Source: Thermoplasmata archaeon (GTDB taxonomy: Archaea; Thermoplasmatota; Thermoplasmata; GCA-020350865). From it: 64,000 bases of DNA. Position 1 is the stretch's first letter; each line of letters starts with the position of its first letter. The notes under the pieces were generated by a model, which saw nothing but the letters and a program-made list of their open reading frames with translations, was not told where the DNA came from and did not search any database. The DNA is taken from assembly GCA_020348445.1 (NCBI GenBank), contig CP070751.1:4032662-4096661 (forward strand). The letters are read 5' to 3'. Of this stretch, positions 41,401 through 50,743 are shown in pieces. Both the position numbers and the translations under genes were made by a program.

Positions 41401-43302
41401 ACAGGTGAAATCATTGGCCCGCCATATATACCAGACGATCTGAAATTCGAGTATGACGGTGTCATGGCAGGATATTGGTTCTTCAATTTATCCTTCCCTA
41501 CGGAGCTGCTGTTCGATTACATTGAGGACAATCCGGCCAAATTCCCGCCAGGTACCAATGCGGAGTATTTCGATGTATATATGTACATCAAGGATACGAC
41601 AGATGATTACTTTATGACCGAATCTTGGATAGTGGTGACAGACAGTCATATACCAGATTTCTATCCGTATCTGGAATTCTTCGACGATCCCGATTACATA
41701 CCAGGTGTACCCATAGCCGACACAAACGGTGATAAGATACCTGATGATGGGGTAATTGGACCTAAGGATGATTACTTTACATTCCAAAATACTGATGTGG
41801 TTTACGTTTGGATTGTGACCGATACCACAGATTCAATTGGCTCTGTTACCTTTACCAATTTGGAGATCCAGGACTTCTGGGGTAACCACGTGGTTTCCAA
41901 TCCTCCAGACCAGGGTGCTGTGGGGCCTATTTCTACGTATACAACGGGTGGCAAGACTCATTACATCGTTGCTGTGAATCTCCTTCTAGCTGACAAAGAC
42001 CCGTGGCTCATGGGCAAAGTGGCGTATACAGTTATTATCAAGGACTTCAAGGAGCTTGGTGGGGATGGTGAGGAATTCTCTTACCTCGCTAAGCAGATAA
42101 TAATTGATTCACCTTCGTCAATAATGGATATAGTGAGCGGGCATGAATATGCAGGAAAAGGCACATACAGTGACAAAGTCCATGGTCATTTCTATGAGAA
42201 CCAGAACGGGTATTTTGATAAATATATATATGCAAAAGTGGGGGGGACTACAGGTCAATCAGATTACATAGGAAATATTTGGAGTGTGGCATTCGAGGAT
42301 CTCGATCAGGATACTGATAGAGAGATTGTTACAGGCAGGGCAGGTGAAAGCAAACCGACTCTCTCGATTTGGGAGAATTTTGGTGGTGGGCACTTCGAGG
42401 AAATAGAAATCGACCATCTCACTGATGAAATATACTCCGTTGCAACAGGTCAGGTCAACGAGGTCGGTTGGGATAAACCGTACGATATCGTTATTGGCAC
42501 AGATGGTGGAGAGGTAATCTATTACCAAAATGACGGAACCTGGGATCAGACCCTGCCCCATGTAGCATCAGGGATCGGTGCAGTTCCAATTGGTCATGGG
42601 ATTGAAATCGGTGATTTGGATAACGACGGGGATGGAGACGTTGTCGTAGTTACAACAAATGGCTTATATGTTTTTGAGAACGATGCTGGTACTTGGGATG
42701 AGGCATATACTCATAGCCTCGGTGGAGATGATGGAACCAGTGTAGCAATCGGTTTTCTACAGGAAGATTATGACACTGGTGCAACTGAGGACCTATATCC
42801 TGATATTGTTGTAGGTACCGACAGTGGTGATGTGTGGCGATTCTTAAACGATGACGATGTCTTAACGGATTGGAGCGCAGACACAATTGATACCAATATC
42901 GATTCATTTAATGCATATGTGGATATAGGTAATATCAATGGTTTGCGTTTCCTGGATGTCGCAGTTGGCTGTGGTGATAGTGTGGTATATTACAATAACT
43001 TAGATGGTGGGACAACTTGGGGAACTCAGAAAACTGTAGCGATCGTACCCCATACCAAAGCATTATCTATCACGGCATTAAGAGTTGGAAACATAGACGG
43101 TGCCATCGAGGATGATATAGTAATCTCTACAACCAAAGAGGGGAAAGAGGGAAGCGCTATAGATGGAGGCTTCATCAATTACTATAGGAACCTTGGCAGA
43201 GGTTCCAAATGGATGAAGTTTGAAGTTGATAACATGAATAGAATGAATGGTTTCATGCACATTTTCACAATCGAGATAGGAGACGCGGATTTAGGCTCGT
43301 AG
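38428..43302 (+). CDS. 1624-aa archaeal type IV pilin-like adhesin (class III signal peptide, tandem Ig-like repeats, FG-GAP-like C-terminus)
   Basis: 'WDDKG|VSEIIADILILSITVVLF'; about six ~100-aa 'P.I..RW..P....I.A.V.D.DG..DI' repeats; DLD.D.D.D motifs at the C-terminus. Confidence 0.85.
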   Translation: MREKVRRKVRKKIVWDDKGVSEIIADILILSITVVLFAVIFAFVYSLPAPNESTYADLDASVILDPTGGRINITHNSGEDLAEANTVIILYKNAGRPGEVIRELHLRSPTGDADNPASKGGYGLEVDDIWSPGEIWTYYFGGVKSTDILEVRVVDTRFDNLVMSGLLLGGGANDAPIIMERWYDPDPAANATMLNLYVYVRDPDGFGDISAPGAISADVSHLSSNQTIYDFYEVSHTPDTGLFKANFTMDKGQGTYLVTIKAEDNSGLVDRARMVIRVTYTVLNSPRIMERYTIPAVGVNGSDITVYAKVQDVDGYDNIDYVTVDIGPLENPNGSSNVVNMMDPERDGTFEYSTVAYVPIGDQYRLNFTAMDITQLEDSAHLNVSVSKFRPVISRTWTVPVIGRDQEMLTISAEVFDYDGYSDISEVMVNATNLDPSLGWESMTDPEQDGIFEYNLTIDIGWGGNKTVDFLARDIIGNEVTAQMKVFISTRNPPVILERWTDPHFPDNNSYVRIFARVMDPDGYEDINATGAVRVNIAELDRSLSFSDGWINMTDSNWDGNFITSYLVDQESGTYQIYFHVTDLGGNQANATLNVTILPYRPRFLNIWTNPQVGRNGSQIQIFANVMDPNGYADIANVTVDIVQLNESYSPLSSYWVNMTDYNQNGTFAYEMMINVSETDLYNLNFTVMDSDGNPATTSHLLLVTSYKPTIVDAWYSPKPAVNGSNVTIFAWVKDDDGIDDITSVILNVSELNTNFTWVNMTDPDENGIYENLTLINAINVTGQYNVTIVVFDTTGNSYNKSFKIEIATIGDAPEEENPTVFGMANPNAAGGGSYVYFSAYARNGSAPGEKISSVIFQWEGIWYTMTRIFENYFRYSGSFMAPLWGETKSVPVSVQALNSSGGVVATDTINLLVLYDETGGEVRKATALQKMVAWIAHDQGFVITNNKTSNKTVQVFEMFDDKDKFCHIKIGSNTITNTEKANIIRITSRVTGEIIGPPYIPDDLKFEYDGVMAGYWFFNLSFPTELLFDYIEDNPAKFPPGTNAEYFDVYMYIKDTTDDYFMTESWIVVTDSHIPDFYPYLEFFDDPDYIPGVPIADTNGDKIPDDGVIGPKDDYFTFQNTDVVYVWIVTDTTDSIGSVTFTNLEIQDFWGNHVVSNPPDQGAVGPISTYTTGGKTHYIVAVNLLLADKDPWLMGKVAYTVIIKDFKELGGDGEEFSYLAKQIIIDSPSSIMDIVSGHEYAGKGTYSDKVHGHFYENQNGYFDKYIYAKVGGTTGQSDYIGNIWSVAFEDLDQDTDREIVTGRAGESKPTLSIWENFGGGHFEEIEIDHLTDEIYSVATGQVNEVGWDKPYDIVIGTDGGEVIYYQNDGTWDQTLPHVASGIGAVPIGHGIEIGDLDNDGDGDVVVVTTNGLYVFENDAGTWDEAYTHSLGGDDGTSVAIGFLQEDYDTGATEDLYPDIVVGTDSGDVWRFLNDDDVLTDWSADTIDTNIDSFNAYVDIGNINGLRFLDVAVGCGDSVVYYNNLDGGTTWGTQKTVAIVPHTKALSITALRVGNIDGAIEDDIVISTTKEGKEGSAIDGGFINYYRNLGRGSKWMKFEVDNMNRMNGFMHIFTIEIGDADLGS

Positions 43303-43490
43303 GGACAATTCAGAGAAAATCAACCATCCAGATAAACTAATCGACAATTATATATACAATATTACCTATCAATGAAGAGGAAAAATCAAGAAGACCTTTA
43401 TGTCGATCATGGAATCAAAAGCCAAAAGAACTAGTTCTCGCCAGGGTTGCACTTAATTGGGTAGGAAAAAAATTCAAAGGAGATGAGACT

Positions 43491-44345
43491 ATAAGGCGAT
43501 TTAAAGAGGATTCTAATGCAGTTGCGGCAGTAATCGGTACCATAATGGCATTGATGGTCTTTTTGGCATTCTTCTCGTTTCTGATCTTGTACTGGATACC
43601 GGTTATGATGGAAGATAATGAAGAAAGCCATATGAGGGACGTCAAAGGTCAATTCAGTAAATTGAAAGAAACCGTGGATGAACAGATATCCCTGGACAAC
43701 AGGGATGAAACAAGGGATACCACCATCGCGCTTGGCGCGGACGGAGTTCCCCCTTTCGAGAAAGAAACCCAGAGCCAACTTTCTCTTCAACTCAATTCGG
43801 AGTTCTTCAACTACTCATTTCAAGACAGCGGCGATGATATATACGAGAACTCGTCAGGCAGCATAGACCTATATGCACTCAACAGATTTTACGTACAGCA
43901 GAGACTGGTTTACGAAAATGGGGCAGTTCTCATAGTCCAATCGAAGGGCCAGATAGTGTATAATGAACCAGAATTTCATGTTGAAAAACATGGAGATGAA
44001 GTTAAATTATCATCAACTTTGATTTCGCTTTATCACGATTCAGACGACAGAATTACTGGGACACGTCCTGAGAAGGTGAGTACCAGGTTATGGTATACGG
44101 ACAGGTGGGTTTACACGAACCTATCTGACCCAAATAGGGTGGTTACCCTCACCATCAAAACCAGATATTCATCTGCCTGGGAAACCTATTACGACACAAC
44201 ATTCAGAAATGCAGGATTGGTGAATGGAGAGGATTACAATATTACCGCAGTATCCGGGGGGATTCGGATCACTATAGACAGGGTATTTGAATTTTCACTT
44301 ACCCACGCCTTTATTGAGGCTTACATAGGAAGGCAGGCTAAATAA
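43491..44345 (+). CDS. Archaeal type IV pilin-like protein (probable ATA start)
   Basis: In-frame 'RRFKEDSNA|VAAVIGTIMALMVF' class III signal lies upstream of the track's ATG (43545); GGAGATGA RBS 4 nt before ATA 43491. Confidence 0.7.
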   Translation: MRRFKEDSNAVAAVIGTIMALMVFLAFFSFLILYWIPVMMEDNEESHMRDVKGQFSKLKETVDEQISLDNRDETRDTTIALGADGVPPFEKETQSQLSLQLNSEFFNYSFQDSGDDIYENSSGSIDLYALNRFYVQQRLVYENGAVLIVQSKGQIVYNEPEFHVEKHGDEVKLSSTLISLYHDSDDRITGTRPEKVSTRLWYTDRWVYTNLSDPNRVVTLTIKTRYSSAWETYYDTTFRNAGLVNGEDYNITAVSGGIRITIDRVFEFSLTHAFIEAYIGRQAK

Positions 44346-44381
44346 TATATATATTTAAACCACATTAATTAGGGGAATTAC

Positions 44382-46139
44382 ATGGCTGAGAAAACTGCGT
44401 TTGAAATACCTGGAGAGGGAGAAAAGAGATCTCGAGAAAGAGTTGGACCGCCCAAGTTCAGGGATAAGTACCGGGCTCTCTTTGCCAAACGATTTTATAA
44501 ACAGCCACTAAGGGTGAGGGTGGCCGAGGGGATGAGGCAGGAAAAAGAAGTTGAGAGGGGGTCCATGCTAACAGAGATACCTGTGATTAAGGATCCCAAT
44601 ATCGAAGAAATAGAATACTACCCTGTGACAGAACCTTACAGTTACGTGAGAATTCTTTACAACGAAGCAAAAAGCGAGTACATTTTTGAGGGAATCGAGC
44701 CCCAACTCACCGTGAGGGAAAAAGAGATCATGCAATACCTGAAAGATACTTTGAGATTGACAATGGGCTATGATTGGGAGGAGATGAGCGAGAAAGACAG
44801 AAAGGAATACCTTGAGGAGAACCTCAATGCTTTGATCAGGAGTAGGGGCCTGAAAATGAATCCATTGACGGAGGATAAGCTTCGTTACTACATCATTAGA
44901 GATTTCGTGGGATACGGCTCAATTGATATCCTCATTCAGGATATAAATGTGGAGGACACCTCATGTGATGGCATAGATGTCCCCATATTCATTTTCCACA
45001 GGAAATACGAATCCATCAAGACTTCCTTGGTTTTCTCTGATGAGGATGAACTGAACTCATTTGTGATTTTGTTGGGACAAAGATGCGGAAAACAAGTTTC
45101 TGTTTCTCAACCGATATTGGATGGGACAAGCATCGAAGGTCACAGGATTCAGGCGACCTACTCAAAGGAAGTGACAACCCGTGGGGCGTCGTTTACCATT
45201 AGACGTTTTAAGGAAAAGCCCTTTACACCCGTTGATCTTCTGGATTTCCACAGCGCTTCACCGGAAATGGTTGCATATCTTTGGATTGCCGTTGAGCATG
45301 GGGAATCCATGATAATCGCAGGGGGAACAGCCAGTGGAAAGACCGCTACCCTCAATGCTATAATGCTGTTCATTCCACCCACGGCAAAAATAGTGAGCAT
45401 AGAGGATACAAGGGAGATCAACCTCCCCCATGAGAATTGGATACCGGGCGTAACAAGGACCGGGGCAGGAGACATAGGTGCGGACGGCAAAGCTGCCGGT
45501 GGAGTGGATATGTACGATTTGGTCAGAGCGGCTTTAAGGCAAAGACCCAACTACATCATGGTGGGAGAGGTTAGAGGAAAGGAAACATACACCATGTTTC
45601 AGGCCATGGCAACAGGCCACACGACATATGCCACCATGCATGCAGATTCCGTGAAGAGCATGGTTCACAGGCTCGAAAACCCACCGATCTCATGTCCAAG
45701 GATTCTTTTATCGGCGTTGAATAACGTGATAATCCAAAAACATGCTAGAGTAGGTTCAAGCGTGGTTCGACGGATTATGGATATGGTAGAAATAGTTGGA
45801 TTTGAGCCTGAGACCAACGAATTAATTACAAATACGGTTTTCGAATGGGATCAGGCCACTGATTCATTCTTATACAAAGGCCACAGCTTCCTGTACGATA
45901 AAATTCAAGAGATGAAGGGATTAACATCCGATGAGATGAGGGAAGAGGTTGAGAGGAGAATCGAAATCATAAATTATATGATCAGGAAACACATGACAGA
46001 TTTTCGGGATGTAGGCACAATGGTTTCCTCCTACTATAAAGAGCCTGAGATTGCATATGAAAATATCAAGAAGGAAATTCAAAAGATGGATCGTCTCGAA
46101 GCCCAAAGGGAGGCCGTACGAGCTAAAAAGAAAAGGTGA
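44382..46139 (+). CDS. Type IV pilus/secretion ATPase (FlaI/TadA family) 1
   Basis: GGTASGKT, SIEDTRE, RQRPNYIMVGEVRG, TGH. Confidence 0.95.
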   Translation: MAEKTAFEIPGEGEKRSRERVGPPKFRDKYRALFAKRFYKQPLRVRVAEGMRQEKEVERGSMLTEIPVIKDPNIEEIEYYPVTEPYSYVRILYNEAKSEYIFEGIEPQLTVREKEIMQYLKDTLRLTMGYDWEEMSEKDRKEYLEENLNALIRSRGLKMNPLTEDKLRYYIIRDFVGYGSIDILIQDINVEDTSCDGIDVPIFIFHRKYESIKTSLVFSDEDELNSFVILLGQRCGKQVSVSQPILDGTSIEGHRIQATYSKEVTTRGASFTIRRFKEKPFTPVDLLDFHSASPEMVAYLWIAVEHGESMIIAGGTASGKTATLNAIMLFIPPTAKIVSIEDTREINLPHENWIPGVTRTGAGDIGADGKAAGGVDMYDLVRAALRQRPNYIMVGEVRGKETYTMFQAMATGHTTYATMHADSVKSMVHRLENPPISCPRILLSALNNVIIQKHARVGSSVVRRIMDMVEIVGFEPETNELITNTVFEWDQATDSFLYKGHSFLYDKIQEMKGLTSDEMREEVERRIEIINYMIRKHMTDFRDVGTMVSSYYKEPEIAYENIKKEIQKMDRLEAQREAVRAKKKR

Positions 46140-46145
46140 GTTTTC

Positions 46146-47162
46146 ATGTCGCCTGAAGTGAGAGATGCATTTAAGTCCCTGGAAACCTCGAAAAGAGGTA
46201 TGATAGTCACAAAGAAGCATGAGGAGGATTATGACGAGGCTTTTGGTCCGCATCTTGTCAAGCTACCCAAAGGTGCGGCAGTTGAGCAGATAAAACTGAC
46301 TCCCTATCAACAGTTCTGCTGGAGAACCATAGGCAACTTCGTGAAAAGGCGTGATAAAACAAATCCCAAGCTTGAGGAGAACCTTCAAGCTGCCCATATG
46401 AGAATCAGGCCCGATGAGTACGTGGCCATAGTCCTAATGACCACGATACTCACATTTGTAGCCATGTTGGTTGTGGGAATAGTTCTCGGAGCGATATTCT
46501 GGCTCATTGAGTGGGGTCCTTGGGGTTTTGTTATTGGTGCGATGATGGTCATTTTTGTCCCGATTCTAGTCTACTTTGGTATGATGTCCACTCCAGGCAG
46601 CAAGGCCAAGGCAAGGGCAAAGGACATAGACCGCAGGATCTCAAGTGCAATGAGCTTTATCTCCGCAATGGCATCCGCCAACGTCAATGTCGATGTTATC
46701 TTTAAGGAACTGTCCAAACAGCCAATATATGGTGAAATCCAGAAAGAAGCCGAGTGGATCACACGGGATACAGAACTTTTGGGTCAAGATATACTCTCGG
46801 CCATCAAAACAGCCTCGATTAGAACCCCCTCTGAGAAATTTCAGGACTTTCTCCAGGGTGTGGTAACCACCTCCAGCTCTGGTGGAGAGCTGAAGCCGTT
46901 TTTCCTGATAAAGGCCAAGCAGTACGAAGACGAGAGAAGATTGGACCTTCGGGCGAGAATCGAAACACTGGGTATGCTTGCCGAGAGCTTCGTCACAGTT
47001 GGCGTGGCTTTTCCATTGTTCTTGGTTGTTATGATGTCCATTATGGCTTTAGTGGGCAGCAATCCTGATTTCATAGTAATGCTTCTTTATGTGGTTTGTT
47101 TTGGAATGATCCCGGGGACCCAGGTGGGATTCATTGTAGGGATATCATCAATGAGCGAATAG
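46146..47162 (+). CDS. T2SS-F/TadC-like platform membrane protein 1
   Basis: TM helices, TPSEKFQDFLQG, LAESFV. Confidence 0.9.
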   Translation: MSPEVRDAFKSLETSKRGMIVTKKHEEDYDEAFGPHLVKLPKGAAVEQIKLTPYQQFCWRTIGNFVKRRDKTNPKLEENLQAAHMRIRPDEYVAIVLMTTILTFVAMLVVGIVLGAIFWLIEWGPWGFVIGAMMVIFVPILVYFGMMSTPGSKAKARAKDIDRRISSAMSFISAMASANVNVDVIFKELSKQPIYGEIQKEAEWITRDTELLGQDILSAIKTASIRTPSEKFQDFLQGVVTTSSSGGELKPFFLIKAKQYEDERRLDLRARIETLGMLAESFVTVGVAFPLFLVVMMSIMALVGSNPDFIVMLLYVVCFGMIPGTQVGFIVGISSMSE

Positions 47163-47172
47163 AGGAATTCAC

Positions 47173-48327
47173 ATGGCACAAGAAGCGGGAAAGGACAAGG
47201 TAAAAAAAATTAAGGCAATAAAAGAGACTAATTGGCTTGCTATCACCGTTGCGATAGCCGTAGTTATATCAATAATTTTCGTGATACTCGCTTTTCTCTC
47301 TCAGGTGGGCACCATCGATTTTGAAGGTGAAGCGGAGGTGGTCTTTGATCCAGATGGAAATCCTGTGGGTGCCATAGGTGTCAGTGATATACAGGTATTG
47401 GAGAAAGAGGGTGACACCATTACCTACTATTTCATAACTGACTCCATCTCAGAATCGGAGGCCGATGAATTTTTAGATCAGGAGGGTTACGAAAAAAGAA
47501 GCCTTGGAATCGATAGGGGATACGAACTGGGTAAACCGCCGGCGAGTCCTATGCGCGTTGACGGCGATATGATGAACTTCGTAATCTTGGCTATGATACC
47601 CCCTTGTGCCATTCCCGGCGTCTATATCATGCGACGTGACAGGAACATAAAGCAAATCGAAGATCGTCTTCCAGATTTCCTAAGGGATGTGGCGGAGGCG
47701 GGAAGATTCGGTATGACCTTGGCAGACGCCATTGTGGTTGCATCTGGAGGCAGATATGGTAAACTCACGCCAGAAATTAAAAAGATGGCTGCCCGGATTG
47801 ACTGGGGAGTGCCTGCAAACGAGGCCATCAGGCTGTTTTCAGAAAAAGTAAAAACCCCGCTGGTGAACAGGGTATGTGCAATTATAATGAAGTCCAATGA
47901 TGCCGGAGGAAACGTGGCCGATGTTCTGACACTGGTTGCTAACGATACAAAACAGGTCCAACTCATGGAAAAGGAGCGAAAACTTTCTATGAGCACCTAT
48001 ATTGCCGTTATTTACATTTCGTTCTTTGTATTCCTTTTCACCATCCTCATCCTGAACGCTACCTTCCTTCCCCAGATGAGACAGGCAGGTGAAGAAACTC
48101 AAGAGCTGGTTGGGAGTGGAGGAGGTGGAGGAACGGTTCAGATCATCCAATCCCAAGCCATATCTGCCATTCAATTTACATATCTAATTGCCTCCCTAGC
48201 CCATGCTGTGGGCGATGGTTTAATAGCAGGAAGCCTTTCAACGGGCAAGATCAAAAACGGTTTGGTACATAGCTTTATTTTGCTCGTTTGTGCTTTCATG
48301 ATGCTCAGATTGTTGGCATATTTATAA
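47173..48327 (+). CDS. T2SS-F/TadC-like platform membrane protein 2
   Basis: LPDFLRDVAE, YGKLTPEI, GGNVADVL. Confidence 0.9.
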   Translation: MAQEAGKDKVKKIKAIKETNWLAITVAIAVVISIIFVILAFLSQVGTIDFEGEAEVVFDPDGNPVGAIGVSDIQVLEKEGDTITYYFITDSISESEADEFLDQEGYEKRSLGIDRGYELGKPPASPMRVDGDMMNFVILAMIPPCAIPGVYIMRRDRNIKQIEDRLPDFLRDVAEAGRFGMTLADAIVVASGGRYGKLTPEIKKMAARIDWGVPANEAIRLFSEKVKTPLVNRVCAIIMKSNDAGGNVADVLTLVANDTKQVQLMEKERKLSMSTYIAVIYISFFVFLFTILILNATFLPQMRQAGEETQELVGSGGGGGTVQIIQSQAISAIQFTYLIASLAHAVGDGLIAGSLSTGKIKNGLVHSFILLVCAFMMLRLLAYL

Positions 48328-48348
48328 TTTGATTAGGAGTGGATTCAA

Positions 48349-50202
48349 ATGGCATCACAACCTTCAGCAAAAGTTGAATCAATTTCTGAAATTGACCAGC
48401 AAATAGTGGCCATCGAAGAGCGGAAAGCCGAAATCGAGGACCAGAAAGCTCGGTTGGATGAGGAGGAGAGAGAACTTGAAGAGATAGAAGAAGAGCTATC
48501 GAAAATGAGGAAGTTCTTCAAGAGGGTGAAAATCGGATACCGTACCTTCTTTGTAAGGAGGTTCTCGGCACCTCGAAGGATAATGACAACCAGCTCCGGG
48601 GCAGGAGGTCTAAAAGGTGATTTGGCCAAGAAGATAACACCTGTACCAAAGATCGTGGAGAAACATGTTGATGAGATAGAGATCGATACTGTTGAAGATC
48701 CATATTCTTATGTACGAATCAGGTACGACAACCAAACCGACGAATATCTCTATGAGGTAATAGAGCCCCCGCTTTCAAAGGATGAGGAAAATGTCTTGGA
48801 GCTTCTCAAGGAAGGATTAATCGATACTGTACAACTAATCCCGGACAGAACCATTGATATCTCAGAGAAGTACCTTCGAAAAACCGTTGATGGCCTCCTA
48901 CACGGTATGGATTTGAGATTGAACCCACTGTCAAAGGAAAGGATTTTCTACTACATAAGAAGGGACTTTATGGGATATGGTCCCATCCAGACGATGATGA
49001 TCGAGTACCAGGTGGAGGATATCTCATGTGATGGTGTGGGTGTACCCATCTTCATATATCATAGGAAGTACGGTTCCATCAGGTCCAATATCAAGTTCAA
49101 TTCAGCTACTGAGCTTGATGGTTTCGTGGTCTGGATGGCACAGAAGTGTGGAAAGCATATAAGTGTGGCAAGTCCCATGCTGGACGCAACTGTTCCCGAT
49201 GGTTCGAGATTGCAGGAAACCTTAAGCACTCATGTCACGAAGAAGGGATCCTCCTTTACCATCAGGAGGTTCAGAGAGAATCCTTTTACCTTCGTTGATT
49301 TGATAAAATTCAAGACCATGTCCACAGAGATGGTGGTCTATCTTTGGCTGGCCATCGAGCATGGACAATCCATGCTGATTTGCGGTGGAACGGCAAGTGG
49401 AAAGACCACCACATTGAACGCGATTTTACTTTTCATTCCTCCCCAGATGAAGATCGTGACAATCGAGGATACAAGGGAGCTGAACCTACCCCATGAAAAT
49501 TGGGTGCCTACATTGACTAGAAGCGGTTTTGGAGCAAAGAGCCCCATTACTGGCAAGGCACCTGGTGAGATCGACATGTTCGATTTGTTGACCATGGGTC
49601 TTAGGCAGAGACCTCAGTATCTGATGGTGGGTGAGGTGCGAGGTGCTGAGGCGTACACAGTTTTCCAGGCCATGGCCACAGGTAAAGCCTCTTATACGAC
49701 ATTTCATGCAGAATCCACCCAGGCTATGGTTCACAGGATGGAGAATCCCCCAATCAATCTCCCGAGAGCGCTGATCACGGCTTTGGATTTGGTGCTTCTT
49801 CAGGCTCAGGTTAAGGTGGGCACGAAGATGACAAGAAGGGTTAAGGGTCTGACTGAGATAGTAGGTTTGGATCCCGAGACAAACGAGCTCATTACAAATA
49901 CCGCCTATTCTTGGAATCCTGCAGACGATACTTTCAACTACAGTGGTCACAGCTATATTTACGAGAAGGTGCAGGCTCAAAAGAACTGGTCGCTACGGGA
50001 AGTGGAACGAGAAGTTAAGCGCAGGATCGACCTTATTGCTTACATGCAAAAGATTGGTGTTAGTAACTATATGGATGTCTCCAGGATCATCTCAGCATAT
50101 TACAAGGATCCAGAGAAGGTCGTCAAGAAAGCCAGGGATGAATTAAGAGAGGGAGCAGCAGATCCACGAATGGCTCGTAGACCTGGAAGAAAGGTAGCGT
50201 AA
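48349..50202 (+). CDS. Type IV pilus/secretion ATPase (FlaI/TadA family) 2
   Basis: GGTASGKT, TIEDTRE, RQRPQYLMVGEVRG; N-terminal coiled coil. Confidence 0.95.
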   Translation: MASQPSAKVESISEIDQQIVAIEERKAEIEDQKARLDEEERELEEIEEELSKMRKFFKRVKIGYRTFFVRRFSAPRRIMTTSSGAGGLKGDLAKKITPVPKIVEKHVDEIEIDTVEDPYSYVRIRYDNQTDEYLYEVIEPPLSKDEENVLELLKEGLIDTVQLIPDRTIDISEKYLRKTVDGLLHGMDLRLNPLSKERIFYYIRRDFMGYGPIQTMMIEYQVEDISCDGVGVPIFIYHRKYGSIRSNIKFNSATELDGFVVWMAQKCGKHISVASPMLDATVPDGSRLQETLSTHVTKKGSSFTIRRFRENPFTFVDLIKFKTMSTEMVVYLWLAIEHGQSMLICGGTASGKTTTLNAILLFIPPQMKIVTIEDTRELNLPHENWVPTLTRSGFGAKSPITGKAPGEIDMFDLLTMGLRQRPQYLMVGEVRGAEAYTVFQAMATGKASYTTFHAESTQAMVHRMENPPINLPRALITALDLVLLQAQVKVGTKMTRRVKGLTEIVGLDPETNELITNTAYSWNPADDTFNYSGHSYIYEKVQAQKNWSLREVEREVKRRIDLIAYMQKIGVSNYMDVSRIISAYYKDPEKVVKKARDELREGAADPRMARRPGRKVA

Positions 50203-50208
50203 ACTAAC

Positions 50209-50250
50209 TTTTTTTTCACAATTTTTTTTTGTTATTATTTTTTTTATTTT
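50209..50250 (+). terminator. Oligo(T)-rich archaeal terminator of the pilus operon
   Basis: Several T7-T9 runs immediately after the stop codon at 50202. Confidence 0.6.
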
Positions 50251-50280
50251 ATTAAGGGCCAATGCGTTTATTAAGGGGCC

Positions 50281-50710
50281 GCCGAGCCCTGAGGTTTAAG
50301 AAACAATTATTTTACATTTATAACCGAAGGGCCAAGGCTAATAAGAAGATTCAATTGCCGAGCCATTAAGCTTAAGACATAATTGAATTAGAATTATAAC
50401 TTAATGGCAAGGCAACTAAGAAATTTGAATTGTCGGGTCTTTCAGCTTAAGAACCGATTTTTATGTAATTATAACTGAAAGACAAGGCTATGTATAAATG
50501 GGGCCGCCGAGCCCTGAGGATTAAGACACCATTGTATTACAATTATAACCGAGGGGCCAAGGCGTATAAAATGGGGCGGTCGAGTCTTTCAGCTTAAGAA
50601 CCAATTCTTATATAATTATAACTGAAAGACAAGGCTATGTATAAATGGGGCCGCCGAGCCCTGAGGATTAAGACACCATTGTATTACAATTATAACCGAG
50701 GGGCCAAGGC
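50281..50710 (-). repeat. Array of six 57-58-bp hairpin units (73-76-bp period) 3' of tRNA-Pro
   Basis: Units start (+ strand) at 50281, 50357, 50432, 50506, 50579, 50653. Consensus GYCGR-arm9-(C/A/T)TTAAGA-N15-(A/T)TTATAA-arm9'-(C)AAGGC. Confidence 0.92.
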
Positions 50711-50743
50711 GGCCCCACGTATTAATTTAATATAAAATTTAAG

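Noticed and set aside
50281-50710. CRISPR array
   Set aside because: The variable part is only 15 nt, the 'repeat' arms covary between units, and no cas genes are present in the window.
50281-50710. Canonical integron attC sites, Xer dif sites, or C/D and H/ACA sRNAs
   Set aside because: No RYYYAAC/GTTRRRY boxes, no 11-6-11 dif layout, no C/D boxes or clear ACA/K-turn, and the units do not form a BHB.
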